Position numbers and translations under genes: made by a program. This document shows, in pieces, positions 35,704-44,381 of a stretch of 58,300 nt of DNA; the stretch's first letter is position 1, and each line of letters opens with the position of its first letter. The stretch is from Salinimicrobium sp. GTDB lineage: Bacteria; Bacteroidota; Bacteroidia; Flavobacteriales; Flavobacteriaceae. Location of the stretch: NCBI GenBank assembly GCA_049687495.1, contig JBAVJB010000068.1, positions 1 to 58,300 of the forward strand, read 5' to 3'. Under the pieces are notes generated by a model. It searched no databases, was not told where the DNA came from, and was given only the letters and a program-made list of their open reading frames with translations.

Positions 35704-35711
35704 TATATTTG
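35704..35711 (+). promoter_or_regulatory. -7 promoter element for recX (probably leaderless mRNA)
   Basis: TATATTTG only 4 nt before ATG 35716. Confidence 0.65.
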
Positions 35712-35715
35712 TCTC

Positions 35716-36207
35716 ATGAACGCCAACAGCCGGGGAAAATCCTATACAGTCAAAGAAGCAACTTTAAAGCTGATGCAGTTTTGCGCCTATCGCGACCGTT
35801 CCCAAAAAGAGGTGGAAGACAAGCTCATCGAGATGCGCATGATCCCTGAGGCACGGGAACAGATCATCATCAAACTTATGCAGGAAGGTTTTCTTAACGA
35901 GGAGCGGTTTGCGCGCAGCTTTGTACGCGGAAAGTTTCGCATTAAAAAATGGGGCCGAATAAGGATAAAACAGGAGCTGAAGCTTAAAGATATCTCTGCC
36001 CCGATCATTCGTCTGGCGATGGAAGAAATAGATGAAGAAACCTATTTTTCAACCCTCTGTGAACTGGCCGAAAAGAAGCTAAACTTGCTCAAAGAACCCG
36101 ACAAATATAAACTTCGGAAAAAGCTGAGCGACCACCTGCTTAGAAAAGGTTACGAAGCAAACCTCGTCTTCGAGGTCACTTCAGATCTTATCAATTCCGA
36201 AGAATAG
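35716..36207 (+). CDS. recX: regulatory protein RecX
   Basis: FCAYRDRS..EV..KL, GFLNEERFARSF...KKWGRIRIKQEL, L.RKGY; start set at ATG 35716. Confidence 0.92.
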   Translation: MNANSRGKSYTVKEATLKLMQFCAYRDRSQKEVEDKLIEMRMIPEAREQIIIKLMQEGFLNEERFARSFVRGKFRIKKWGRIRIKQELKLKDISAPIIRLAMEEIDEETYFSTLCELAEKKLNLLKEPDKYKLRKKLSDHLLRKGYEANLVFEVTSDLINSEE

Positions 36208-36232
36208 TTAAAAGCTTTTCCTCAACAGGTCT

Positions 36233-36249
36233 CAAAAATGTCATTTTTA
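36233..36249. repeat. 17-bp palindrome copy (1 mismatch)
   Basis: AGGTCT-CAAAAATGTCATTTTTA; between convergent recX and JmjC, overlapping the JmjC stop codon. Confidence 0.85.
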
Positions 36250-37122
36250 GGAGATCTTATTTTTCCTGTTCGTTTTCTTTACCGCCTGCTCATTTTTGTA
36301 GTCGATCCACTTCTGGCCTTTCCACCGGCGCATGTAGTTATCAAAATGCCGCATGAAGAACAGGTTATAGAGCGCTTTAGAAAGGTTTGGGAGGTTTCGG
36401 GGCGCTGCCCTTAGGCTCATGGAGAAGCCTGCTGTAAGGTAGGTCATTTGATGCCAGTAACCTTCGGGCATATATAGCGTCTCCCCGTGTTTTAGTTCGG
36501 TATACATGCCTTTGGCGTTCTTCAGCGCAGGGAATTTCTCAAGATCAGGGTTCCAAAAGTCAATATCTTCCCTTGCGATCAAGGCATGAGGTACTTTGTA
36601 AAGATATTTAGTTTCCGAAGGCGGAAAAATAATGCAGCGTTTCCTTCCGTGGAAATGAAAATGCAGGATATTGGCATAGTCGATGTCGTAGTGCATGAAC
36701 ACCTTAGAGCCTTCGCCCCCAAAAAAGAGCATTGGGATCTGCTTTAAGATCTTCAGGCCGATCTTGGGATACTTAAAATCCTCCTGCAAAGACGGCACTT
36801 CCTTTAAAAGATGGTAGAGAAAAATGCGGTAGTTGGTAGGTCCCGCCTTGAGCAGCTCAATATAGTCCCTCATCTTCATCTTTTCATGAGGTTCATTGAA
36901 CTTGTACTTTGACGAAATGGGCCTGTTGTCGAACAGCGGTACCAGCTTCTCCCCCGCCTTCTCCTGAATATAGTCCAGGCTCCAGTTGTGGTAGGCCGGC
37001 CAGTCTTCAATGAGATGCTCGATCACCACAGGCTTCTGCGGTTTTACATACCTCTCTAAAAAGTCCTTTTTGGAAAGTCTTTCTTCTCTTGGGATCTCAG
37101 CTAAGTCCAGTCCTTCTTTCAT
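36247..37122 (-). CDS. JmjC/cupin_8 family 2-oxoglutarate Fe(II) dioxygenase
   Basis: KPVVI....DWPA...W, FFGG.GS..MHYD, GETLYMPEGYWH (HxD...H triad). Confidence 0.88.
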   Translation of the reverse strand: MKEGLDLAEIPREERLSKKDFLERYVKPQKPVVIEHLIEDWPAYHNWSLDYIQEKAGEKLVPLFDNRPISSKYKFNEPHEKMKMRDYIELLKAGPTNYRIFLYHLLKEVPSLQEDFKYPKIGLKILKQIPMLFFGGEGSKVFMHYDIDYANILHFHFHGRKRCIIFPPSETKYLYKVPHALIAREDIDFWNPDLEKFPALKNAKGMYTELKHGETLYMPEGYWHQMTYLTAGFSMSLRAAPRNLPNLSKALYNLFFMRHFDNYMRRWKGQKWIDYKNEQAVKKTNRKNKIS

Positions 37123-37155
37123 CTCCCCTGCTCTTCATTTCCCGTTCCGGTTTAA

Positions 37156-38244
37156 CTATACCTTTGGCTTCTTTCCCTGGGCAGCAAGATTACGTTCAAT
37201 GCTGTGCCCCGGTCTTGTCCATCTTGGCTTCTCACCCAGCGGCTGAAACTTCGAATCCTGCGCTTCCACGCTTTCCGGCTGTGCCTTCTTCTCGAACGGT
37301 TTCTGCGGATTAAGCCCCAGCGCCTTGAACATTTGCATGTCCTCATTCACATCGGGGTTTGGCGTGGTCAATAACTTATCTCCGGCAAAAATTGAGTTAG
37401 CACCTGCAAAGAAACACATCGCCTGGCCTTCACGGCTCATCTGCGTTCTTCCGGCAGAAAGCCTCACCTGGGTCTCAGGCATTATGATCCTGGTGGTAGC
37501 GATCATGCGCACCATATCCCAGATCTCCACAGGTTTTTGATCTTCCAGCGGCGTTCCTTCAACGGCTACAAGAGCGTTGATAGGCACAGATTCAGGTTGC
37601 GGGAATAGCGTGGACAGCGAAACAAGCATTCCGGCCCTGTCTTCGGCAGATTCTCCCATGCCAATGATCCCGCCGCTACACACCGTAACATTGGTCTTGC
37701 GCACGTTTTCAATGGTCTTCAAGCGATCTTCATACCCGCGGGTAGAGATCACTTCTTTATAGTATTCTTCCGAAGAATCCAGGTTGTGGTTGTATGCATA
37801 AAGCCCGGCTTCCGAAAGGCGTTGCGCCTGATTTTCGGTGATCATTCCAAGCGTACAGCAAACTTCCATGTCAAGCTTGTTAATGGTACGCACCATCTCC
37901 AGCACGTTGTCAAATTCCTCACCGTCTTTCACGTTTCTCCATGCGGCACCCATACAAACTCTCGAGCTACCCGCTTCTTTTGCCCTTAGTGCCTGCGCCT
38001 TCACCTGGTTTACGCTCATCAGGTCGTTACCCTCAATATCGGTGTGGTATCTCGCCGCTTGTGGGCAATAGCCGCAATCTTCAGAGCAACCTCCCGTCTT
38101 AATAGATAAAAGAGTTGAGACCTGCACTGTATTTGGATCATGATGCTGTCTATGCACCGTCGCCGCCTCGTAAAGCAGCTCCATAAAAGGTTTGTTATAT
38201 ATCTCTAACATTTCCTCTTTTGTCCAATCGTGTCTGGTAGCCAT
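37156..38244 (-). CDS. bioB: biotin synthase
   Basis: CSEDCGYC radical SAM motif, YNHNLD, CSGGIIGMGE, SVPINAL, VRLSAGR. Confidence 0.98.
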   Translation of the reverse strand: MATRHDWTKEEMLEIYNKPFMELLYEAATVHRQHHDPNTVQVSTLLSIKTGGCSEDCGYCPQAARYHTDIEGNDLMSVNQVKAQALRAKEAGSSRVCMGAAWRNVKDGEEFDNVLEMVRTINKLDMEVCCTLGMITENQAQRLSEAGLYAYNHNLDSSEEYYKEVISTRGYEDRLKTIENVRKTNVTVCSGGIIGMGESAEDRAGMLVSLSTLFPQPESVPINALVAVEGTPLEDQKPVEIWDMVRMIATTRIIMPETQVRLSAGRTQMSREGQAMCFFAGANSIFAGDKLLTTPNPDVNEDMQMFKALGLNPQKPFEKKAQPESVEAQDSKFQPLGEKPRWTRPGHSIERNLAAQGKKPKV

Positions 38245-38310
38245 AAAAAAAGTTTAAGTTCAAAAATAAAGAAAAAGCCGGGCTTTGCCGGGAGTAGCGC
38301 TAAATTTCTT

Positions 38311-39480
38311 TTACTGCGGAAGACTTAGCAATACCGAAACCGCGTTTCCACCGAAACCAACAGCGTTGACCAGGATGTTTTTCAGCCTTTTTGGAGCCAT
38401 ACTTTCCGAAGAAAACGGCACTCCAATAAATTCCTGATGTTGCAGCATAAGGATCGCCAGTTCCATGCTCAAAGTTCCCGAAGCTCCAAAACTGTGGCCT
38501 ATCTTCCACTTATTGGTGGTCAATGCCGGAAGTCGGTTCCCAAAAATGGCATTTATAGCATTGATTTCTGAAAGGTCGCCTTTGATGGTTCCCGGCGCAT
38601 GCATTACAATCGCATCAATTTCTTCGGAAGGCATTTCGCCCAGCGCCATCTTCATCGACTTCTGAAAAGCCGAGCCGTTTGCCGAAATAGACACCGCGTG
38701 CTTTAGCTCCTCGGTGGCGTAACCAACTCCTGAGATCAACGCCAGCGCGTTTCTGGCTTTCCCTGCCTCCATACCCACTACTGCTGCACCCTCTCCAAGG
38801 ATCATCGAATTTTGCCCTTTTTGAAGGTTCAGCGCCTGGCATGGAAAATCCAGATCTTCACGTGCAGAAATCTTCATCGCCTGCACCTGCGCAATGGTGA
38901 AAGGAGTAAGCGCCGCTTCGCTTCCGCCCGCGAGAAATTTTTCTGCCATGCCCGAATTGAGCCAGGCCACGCCGTTAAGTACCGAATGTAAAGCCGTAGA
39001 ACAGGTCACCGAATGTGAAATTTCGGGGCCGCTGCTCTGCAGGTCCTGCGCCACCCAGGAAGAAATATTTCCCAAAGTTGTAGCAGGAGAAGCCATTGTT
39101 TCCGCTTTTCCGCGGGAGAGAAAATCTTTATGATACTGCTCAAAAAGGCCTGTGGCGCCACGGCTGCTGCCAATGTTGATGCCTATTTCGTCAGCTTTTT
39201 TCCAACCGGCGTTTTCCACGGCAGTTCTAGAAGCCTTGAGAGCGTACAAAACCGAATTATCCAGCTGCTTATAAGTAGGCCTGGAAGACTTCAGCTCCTG
39301 CAGTTCTTCCTTTATATGCTTCGGAAGAAAAGCTGCAAAGGCTTCATTCCCATCAAAATCGTGTTTGGTAAAATAATGTTTGTTGTTCTTATAGCACTGC
39401 CAGATCTCTTCGGCTGAAGCGCCAAGCGGAGAGACAGAACCTATGGAAACAATGGAAACGGGAGTTTTCAAAAAGTGCAA
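38311..39480 (-). CDS. beta-ketoacyl synthase (FabF/FabB-like) inside the biotin cluster
   Basis: active Cys (SVTCST), His (MHAPGT), His (IGHSFGASG), GEGAA, NAVGFGGNA. Confidence 0.88.
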   Translation of the reverse strand: MHFLKTPVSIVSIGSVSPLGASAEEIWQCYKNNKHYFTKHDFDGNEAFAAFLPKHIKEELQELKSSRPTYKQLDNSVLYALKASRTAVENAGWKKADEIGINIGSSRGATGLFEQYHKDFLSRGKAETMASPATTLGNISSWVAQDLQSSGPEISHSVTCSTALHSVLNGVAWLNSGMAEKFLAGGSEAALTPFTIAQVQAMKISAREDLDFPCQALNLQKGQNSMILGEGAAVVGMEAGKARNALALISGVGYATEELKHAVSISANGSAFQKSMKMALGEMPSEEIDAIVMHAPGTIKGDLSEINAINAIFGNRLPALTTNKWKIGHSFGASGTLSMELAILMLQHQEFIGVPFSSESMAPKRLKNILVNAVGFGGNAVSVLLSLPQ

Positions 39481-39519
39481 TTTTTCAGCAAAAATAAGGG
39501 CTGCGGCCCAGATTGCCCA

Positions 39520-40116
39520 CTAATCCTGAAGATTTTCGCGATAGTAGAGGCTAAGGATCGAATCTACAGGCATCTGCTTTTGCAGCAGCTCCTCCAGCCG
39601 CTGTAAATGCTGCTGTGCCACCAGTTGCTTCAGGGGCTGTGCTATTTTCTCAAATGAGTTAAAGGCCTTTGCCAGCTGCTCATCCCATTCGCGGTGGTAA
39701 TGCAGCAGGTCATCGGGAAAGACCGTTTTTCGAGCTGTGCCTTCATCACGGGGAACGAAAGGTTCGCTTACATTGAGATAGCCGTAATCATCGGTCAGCT
39801 CCTCTCCCGGCTGAATATCCCTGACGGCCAATTCAAAATCATAAGCCGTAGAAAGGCAGTTGGAGTTGAAGCTGTGGTTTACATACTTCGCCAGGTCCCA
39901 GCAGAGCACAAGATCCCCACGATTATTTCTGAAGGAATATTTGTCGACCAATTTTTGAACTTCCGGACGCATCCTTTCCACCTGGGACGGCTCCAATACC
40001 TGATCGAGCTCATCCTGCACCCAGGTGATCGTACCCATGGGAATGAACTTTGTTGCCACCACGCCATAACCCAGCTCGTCATTTATGAACCTCAACTCTG
40101 TATCAGGATGCATCAT
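39520..40116 (-). CDS. SET domain protein (putative lysine methyltransferase)
   Basis: GYGVVATK.I, YVNHSFNSN, DIQPGEELTDDY motifs. Confidence 0.88.
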   Translation of the reverse strand: MMHPDTELRFINDELGYGVVATKFIPMGTITWVQDELDQVLEPSQVERMRPEVQKLVDKYSFRNNRGDLVLCWDLAKYVNHSFNSNCLSTAYDFELAVRDIQPGEELTDDYGYLNVSEPFVPRDEGTARKTVFPDDLLHYHREWDEQLAKAFNSFEKIAQPLKQLVAQQHLQRLEELLQKQMPVDSILSLYYRENLQD

Positions 40117-40178
40117 ATTTTTGCCCTTTTACAGACTAAAATACAAAACAGCAGGATTAGTTACTGAAAACCAGTAAA

Positions 40179-41444
40179 TTAAAATTTATCCAGTGCCAGC
40201 TCGATACTGTCGTAGATCTTCTGCAGTTGCTCATCTGTAGTGATGTAAGGCGCCAGAATATAGATCGTGCTGCCCAGCGGCCGCAGGTATATTCCCTGCT
40301 CCAGGAAATGCTGAAAAAGCTGGTTCCTGATGTTCCCGTAACGTTCAATTTCCACATTCAGCTCAAAGGCGAAGATCACCCCAAGCTGCCTCAAATTTGT
40401 CACTTTTGGATGTGAAGATATTTTCTCCCCAAAAGCCTTGTGGGAATTTACTTGCCGCTGAATATTCTCCTGCATTTCTGCGGAAGTCAGCAGCTCAATT
40501 CCCGCAAGTGCCGCTGCACAAGCCGGCGGATTGGCGGTATAGGTATGCCCATGAAAAAGCCCTTTTGAAAGATCATTTGAGTAAAAAGCATCGAAAACTT
40601 TCTGACTACAGGAGGTCACGCCCATGGGCAACAGACCTGCGGTAAGCGCTTTCGACAGGCAGATGATATCCGGCTGCACCTCAAGATATTCTGAAGCGAA
40701 ATTCTTCCCGGTCTTTCCAAAGCCGGTCATCACCTCATCGGCAACCAGGACAATATCGTTCTTTTGACATTCGGCGAGCAGGGCGTTCAAACCTTCGGCA
40801 TCGTGCATCTTCATCGCAGCTGCGCCCTGCACCAGAGGCTCGTAAATGAATCCGGCGATCCTGTGCTGTTTGATAAGCTGTTGCAGTTGCTCTAAAACTT
40901 TGGCGTTGTTTTCACCTGTAGGAACTGGAATTCTTACCACCTCAATAAAGTGCTCTTTAAAGGCGCCGTTATAGACCGAAAGACCCGAAACCGACATCGC
41001 ACCAAAAGTATCTCCGTGAAAACCTTCCTCAAAAGCCAGCATCACATGCCTTTTGCTGCCACGATTGTGGTGGTACTGCAGCGCCATTTTGATCCCGACT
41101 TCGGTCGCGGTGGAGCCGTTATCATTAAAAAAAAGTTTTTGTTGATTCGAAGGCAAGATCCCGATAAGTGCTTCAGAAAGTTTTACTGCCGGTTCGTGAG
41201 TAAATCCGCTGAACACCACCTGGTCCAGCTGCTGCATCTGCTCAGCGACCTTAAAAGTGATCTTTTCGTTGCAATGCCCGTAAACCGCCGTATACCAGCT
41301 TGAGATGCCGTCAATGTACTCCTGCCCCTGCTCGTCGTAAAGCAGTGCTCCTTTTGCCTTGATTATCGGGAGTGCAGCAGGCGAAGTCTTGTGCTGCGTG
41401 AGCGGGTGCCAAAGGTGTTTTTTATCTCTTTCTGAAAGTGTCAT
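40179..41444 (-). CDS. bioA: adenosylmethionine--8-amino-7-oxononanoate aminotransferase
   Basis: LWHPLTQ, IDGISSW, FHGDTFGAMSV, DEVMTGFGKTG, LSKALT, HGHTYTANP. Confidence 0.97.
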   Translation of the reverse strand: MTLSERDKKHLWHPLTQHKTSPAALPIIKAKGALLYDEQGQEYIDGISSWYTAVYGHCNEKITFKVAEQMQQLDQVVFSGFTHEPAVKLSEALIGILPSNQQKLFFNDNGSTATEVGIKMALQYHHNRGSKRHVMLAFEEGFHGDTFGAMSVSGLSVYNGAFKEHFIEVVRIPVPTGENNAKVLEQLQQLIKQHRIAGFIYEPLVQGAAAMKMHDAEGLNALLAECQKNDIVLVADEVMTGFGKTGKNFASEYLEVQPDIICLSKALTAGLLPMGVTSCSQKVFDAFYSNDLSKGLFHGHTYTANPPACAAALAGIELLTSAEMQENIQRQVNSHKAFGEKISSHPKVTNLRQLGVIFAFELNVEIERYGNIRNQLFQHFLEQGIYLRPLGSTIYILAPYITTDEQLQKIYDSIELALDKF

Positions 41445-41456
41445 TTTTTGATGCTT

Positions 41457-42071
41457 TTATTGAAGTTTACTGCGAAAGGCTTCAGCGTATTCTTTCACCA
41501 CGGCCCGGTCAAAATAAGGCTCCTCATCTATTCTTCCGAGAAATTTGACCCCGGACATTTCAAGGATCACCTCTTCGGTAGACCTATGCTCCTCGCCGTT
41601 AAAAATGATTCCGAAACAATTCAGGCCCCGCGCCTTCAGCGCTTCAATGCTGAGCAAAGTATGATTGATGCTTCCAAGGTAATGCCGGGAAACCAGGATC
41701 ACCTTATGGGCAGGCTTGATAAGATCGGCGATGGTTTCGCTATGGCTGATGGGCACCAACAGTCCGCCCGCACCTTCGATCACCAGATTGTTTTTTGTCT
41801 TTGGCTCCCTGATCTCTTCCGAAGAAATCTTCACTCCGTCTATGTCTGCCGCGGCATGTGGACTCATGGGCGTTTTAAGCGCAAAGCTGTTCTGGTGAAA
41901 AACGGTCTTTTCGTTAGCCACCAGATTTTGGACCTTGTGCGTATCGGAAGCATCAAGATCGCCTGCCTGTATAGGTTTCCAGTAATCGGCTTCAAGCGCC
42001 TGGGTAACTATGGCAGCAGCAATGGTCTTGCCCACCTCGGTGCCAATGCCGGTGATAAAATATTTATTCAT
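41457..42071 (-). CDS. bioD: dethiobiotin synthase
   Basis: ITGIGTEVGKT, WKPIQAG, SPHAAA, IEGAGGLLVP, LGSINHTLL. Confidence 0.97.
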   Translation of the reverse strand: MNKYFITGIGTEVGKTIAAAIVTQALEADYWKPIQAGDLDASDTHKVQNLVANEKTVFHQNSFALKTPMSPHAAADIDGVKISSEEIREPKTKNNLVIEGAGGLLVPISHSETIADLIKPAHKVILVSRHYLGSINHTLLSIEALKARGLNCFGIIFNGEEHRSTEEVILEMSGVKFLGRIDEEPYFDRAVVKEYAEAFRSKLQ

Positions 42072-42080
42072 GTTGTGTTT

Positions 42081-43232
42081 TCAAAGATTCGCAGAGAGCA
42101 AAGATAAGGCGCTTTGAATTTCTGAACGAGTATTGAAGCTGTGTAAGCAAAACCTTAACCTTTCCTTCCCGGCAGCAACAGTGGGCGACAGAATAGGCTT
42201 GACGTCGAATCCATTCTTTTGAAGCACTGCGGAAAGCTGTTTTACCTGTTCATTCCCCGGAATGATACAACATTGAATTGCAGAATTACTCGGAATGAAC
42301 CTTTTACTGAGTTCTAACTCCTGAAGCTTTTCTTTAAAAAAGGAGATATTCTGTTTTAATTCTTCCACTTCCGAAGCTGCTTCTTCCTCCAGGTATTCGT
42401 AGGCTGCAGCAATGGTAGCTACCGAGTGCGGCGGCAAAGCGGTGGTGTAGATAAAGCTGCGGGCGAAGTTCACCAGGTAATCTTTCAGCTCTACAGAGCC
42501 AACAACTGCCGCACCGTGCGCCCCCAAAGCTTTTCCAAAGGTGAAAAGCCTTGCAAAAATGTCATTTTTGAGACCTGAATTTTCAAAAGCTCCCTTTCCG
42601 TTTTCACCAAGTACTCCCAGGGAATGTGCCTCGTCTAAAATAAGGAAGAAATTCAGCTTTTTTGAGAGGTCTATAAGCGCCACAAGATCGGGCGTGTCAC
42701 CATCCATGGAAAAAACGGCTTCGGTGACCACATAAACATCTGCATTTTCAGAGTTTTCAGCAAAACGGCGAATCTTCTGCTCAAGATCCTTCAGATCATT
42801 ATGCCTGTACTTGTAAGCCTTAGCGTGGCTAATACTGATCCCGTCCCTGATCGAAGCGTGCACCAGTTCATCGTAAAAAATCAGGTCTCCCCGCTGCGGC
42901 ACACTTCCGAAGAGGCCGAGGTTGGCATCATAACCTGAGTTAAAGATGAGGGCAGCTTCGGTTTGATGAAAAGCGGCTATTTTTTCTTCCGCAGGGGCAT
43001 AAAGTTCATGATTCCCCGATAGCAGGCGGGAGCCGGTGGCACCGTTGAGGAACAGCTGCTTCTGCTCAATGACCTCTTTACTGCGCTCAAAGATCTTTTC
43101 GTTCCTTGAAAAGCCCAGGTAGTCATTTGAAGAGAAGTCAAAAATGGCATTTTTGGAACCCGTTTGACGAAAGGCGTTTTGTTGTTTTCTCAACTGTAGC
43201 CTTTTCATTACATTTAATGGAAGCCTTTTCAT
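42081..43232 (-). CDS. bioF: 8-amino-7-oxononanoate synthase
   Basis: DFSSNDYLG, GSRLLSG, HASIRDG, FSMDGD, DEAH, TFGKALG; first gene of bioF-D-A. Confidence 0.93.
   Translation of the reverse strand: MKRLPLNVMKRLQLRKQQNAFRQTGSKNAIFDFSSNDYLGFSRNEKIFERSKEVIEQKQLFLNGATGSRLLSGNHELYAPAEEKIAAFHQTEAALIFNSGYDANLGLFGSVPQRGDLIFYDELVHASIRDGISISHAKAYKYRHNDLKDLEQKIRRFAENSENADVYVVTEAVFSMDGDTPDLVALIDLSKKLNFFLILDEAHSLGVLGENGKGAFENSGLKNDIFARLFTFGKALGAHGAAVVGSVELKDYLVNFARSFIYTTALPPHSVATIAAAYEYLEEEAASEVEELKQNISFFKEKLQELELSKRFIPSNSAIQCCIIPGNEQVKQLSAVLQKNGFDVKPILSPTVAAGKERLRFCLHSFNTRSEIQSALSLLSANL
42554..42570. repeat. 17-bp palindrome copy (perfect), intragenic
   Basis: CAAAAATGTCATTTTTG-AGACCT in bioF (encodes GLKNDIFA). 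Confidence 0.88.
43139..43155. repeat. 17-bp palindrome copy (perfect), intragenic
   Basis: CAAAAATGGCATTTTTG-GAACC in bioF (encodes GSKNAIFD). Confidence 0.88.
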
Positions 43233-43259
43233 AGCACGTAAAGTTATAATTTTAGAAGT

Positions 43260-43709
43260 ATGGATTTATGGGATTTTTTCCTGCGCGTGGGTGCCGCATT
43301 ACTTTCCGGGGTTTTAATCGGGATAGAACGCGAAATTCGCAACAAGAACGCCGGTCTTAAGACAAATGCCTTAGTAGCCCTTGGCGCCGCGGTCTTCGTG
43401 GTGATCTCCTTCCAGTTTCGCAATGAGGCGGGAGTTGATGTTACTCGTGTACTGGGACAGGTGGTGACAGGGATAGGTTTTATTGGTGCCGGGGTGATCC
43501 TCCATAAAGGCACCACAGTGCGGGGTCTTACTACCGCGGCGACCATTTGGTGCAGTGCCAGTGCAGGTTGTTTGGCTGCCATGGGCTTCTACAAAGAACT
43601 TGCCGTGCTTACCGTCATGATCATCTTTGTAAATGTCATTTTTGGAGCCCTGGACGATTATATCAACAGGAAATTAGACCGAGATCCTAAGAATAAGGTG
43701 GAAGATTAG
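43260..43709 (+). CDS. MgtC/SapB family membrane protein
   Basis: IGIERE, AGLKTNALVALG, QVVTGIGFIGAGVI, GLTTAATIW. Confidence 0.93.
   Translation: MDLWDFFLRVGAALLSGVLIGIEREIRNKNAGLKTNALVALGAAVFVVISFQFRNEAGVDVTRVLGQVVTGIGFIGAGVILHKGTTVRGLTTAATIWCSASAGCLAAMGFYKELAVLTVMIIFVNVIFGALDDYINRKLDRDPKNKVED
43628..43644. repeat. 17-bp palindrome copy (3 mismatches), intragenic
   Basis: TGTAAATGTCATTTTTG-GAGCC in the MgtC gene (encodes VNVIFGA). Confidence 0.55.
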
Positions 43710-44112
43710 ACTGGTCTTCTTCCCACTCTTCATCATCATCCTCTTCCAGATCCAGGTTCCTGGGCGCGCTGATGGTTCTTCCGGTTTTTCGGTATTTACC
43801 CTTTAGATCATCCATAACCGACTTTTCCCAAAGTTTATTCCCGGTAATATAAGATGCTTTTCCTATTAAATGTGCTCCCACAGGTGCGGTGAGCAGGATG
43901 AAAATAATGATCGCGATGACCCTGGTAGTGGTCGAGAAATCCCAGAAATGTACCGCTGCAGCGATAAGAATAAGACCTATTCCTAAAGTCGCTGCCTTTG
44001 TGGTCACAGCCATTCTAAGGTAGGTATCGGGCATTCGCAGGATCCCGACTGCAGCCAAAAGGATGAACAGGCTGCCCAAAGATGCCAATATACCAACGAT
44101 TATTTCGTTCAT
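43687..44112 (-). CDS. mrpG: Mrp Na+/H+ antiporter subunit G
   Basis: GILRMPD.Y.R....TKAATLG, LTAPVGAHLI. Confidence 0.93.
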   Translation of the reverse strand: MNEIIVGILASLGSLFILLAAVGILRMPDTYLRMAVTTKAATLGIGLILIAAAVHFWDFSTTTRVIAIIIFILLTAPVGAHLIGKASYITGNKLWEKSVMDDLKGKYRKTGRTISAPRNLDLEEDDDEEWEEDQSNLPPYS

Positions 44113-44381
44113 TTTTTTCTTCTTTTTTGGATATAGAAAGAATATGCCACCGTCGCAAGAAACCCAATCAATGCAAGTATAAGCGCGATATCAAGAAAGG
44201 TGTGTTGATGAGCCATAATGCTGTATACGGCTATTACCCCGATCCCGATGGTCACCAGCAGGTCAACCGCCACCACCCTGTCTGAGATGGTTGGCCCCTT
44301 AAAAAAGCGGAAAAACACCATCAGTATGGAAAGCGACAGTATCGGCAGGATGACGTAATATAAAAAGTCGTTCAATGTCAT
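44109..44381 (-). CDS. mrpF: Mrp Na+/H+ antiporter subunit F
   Basis: GPTISDRVVAVD, FLDIAL..ALIGFLATVA. Confidence 0.93.
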   Translation of the reverse strand: MTLNDFLYYVILPILSLSILMVFFRFFKGPTISDRVVAVDLLVTIGIGVIAVYSIMAHQHTFLDIALILALIGFLATVAYSFYIQKRRKK

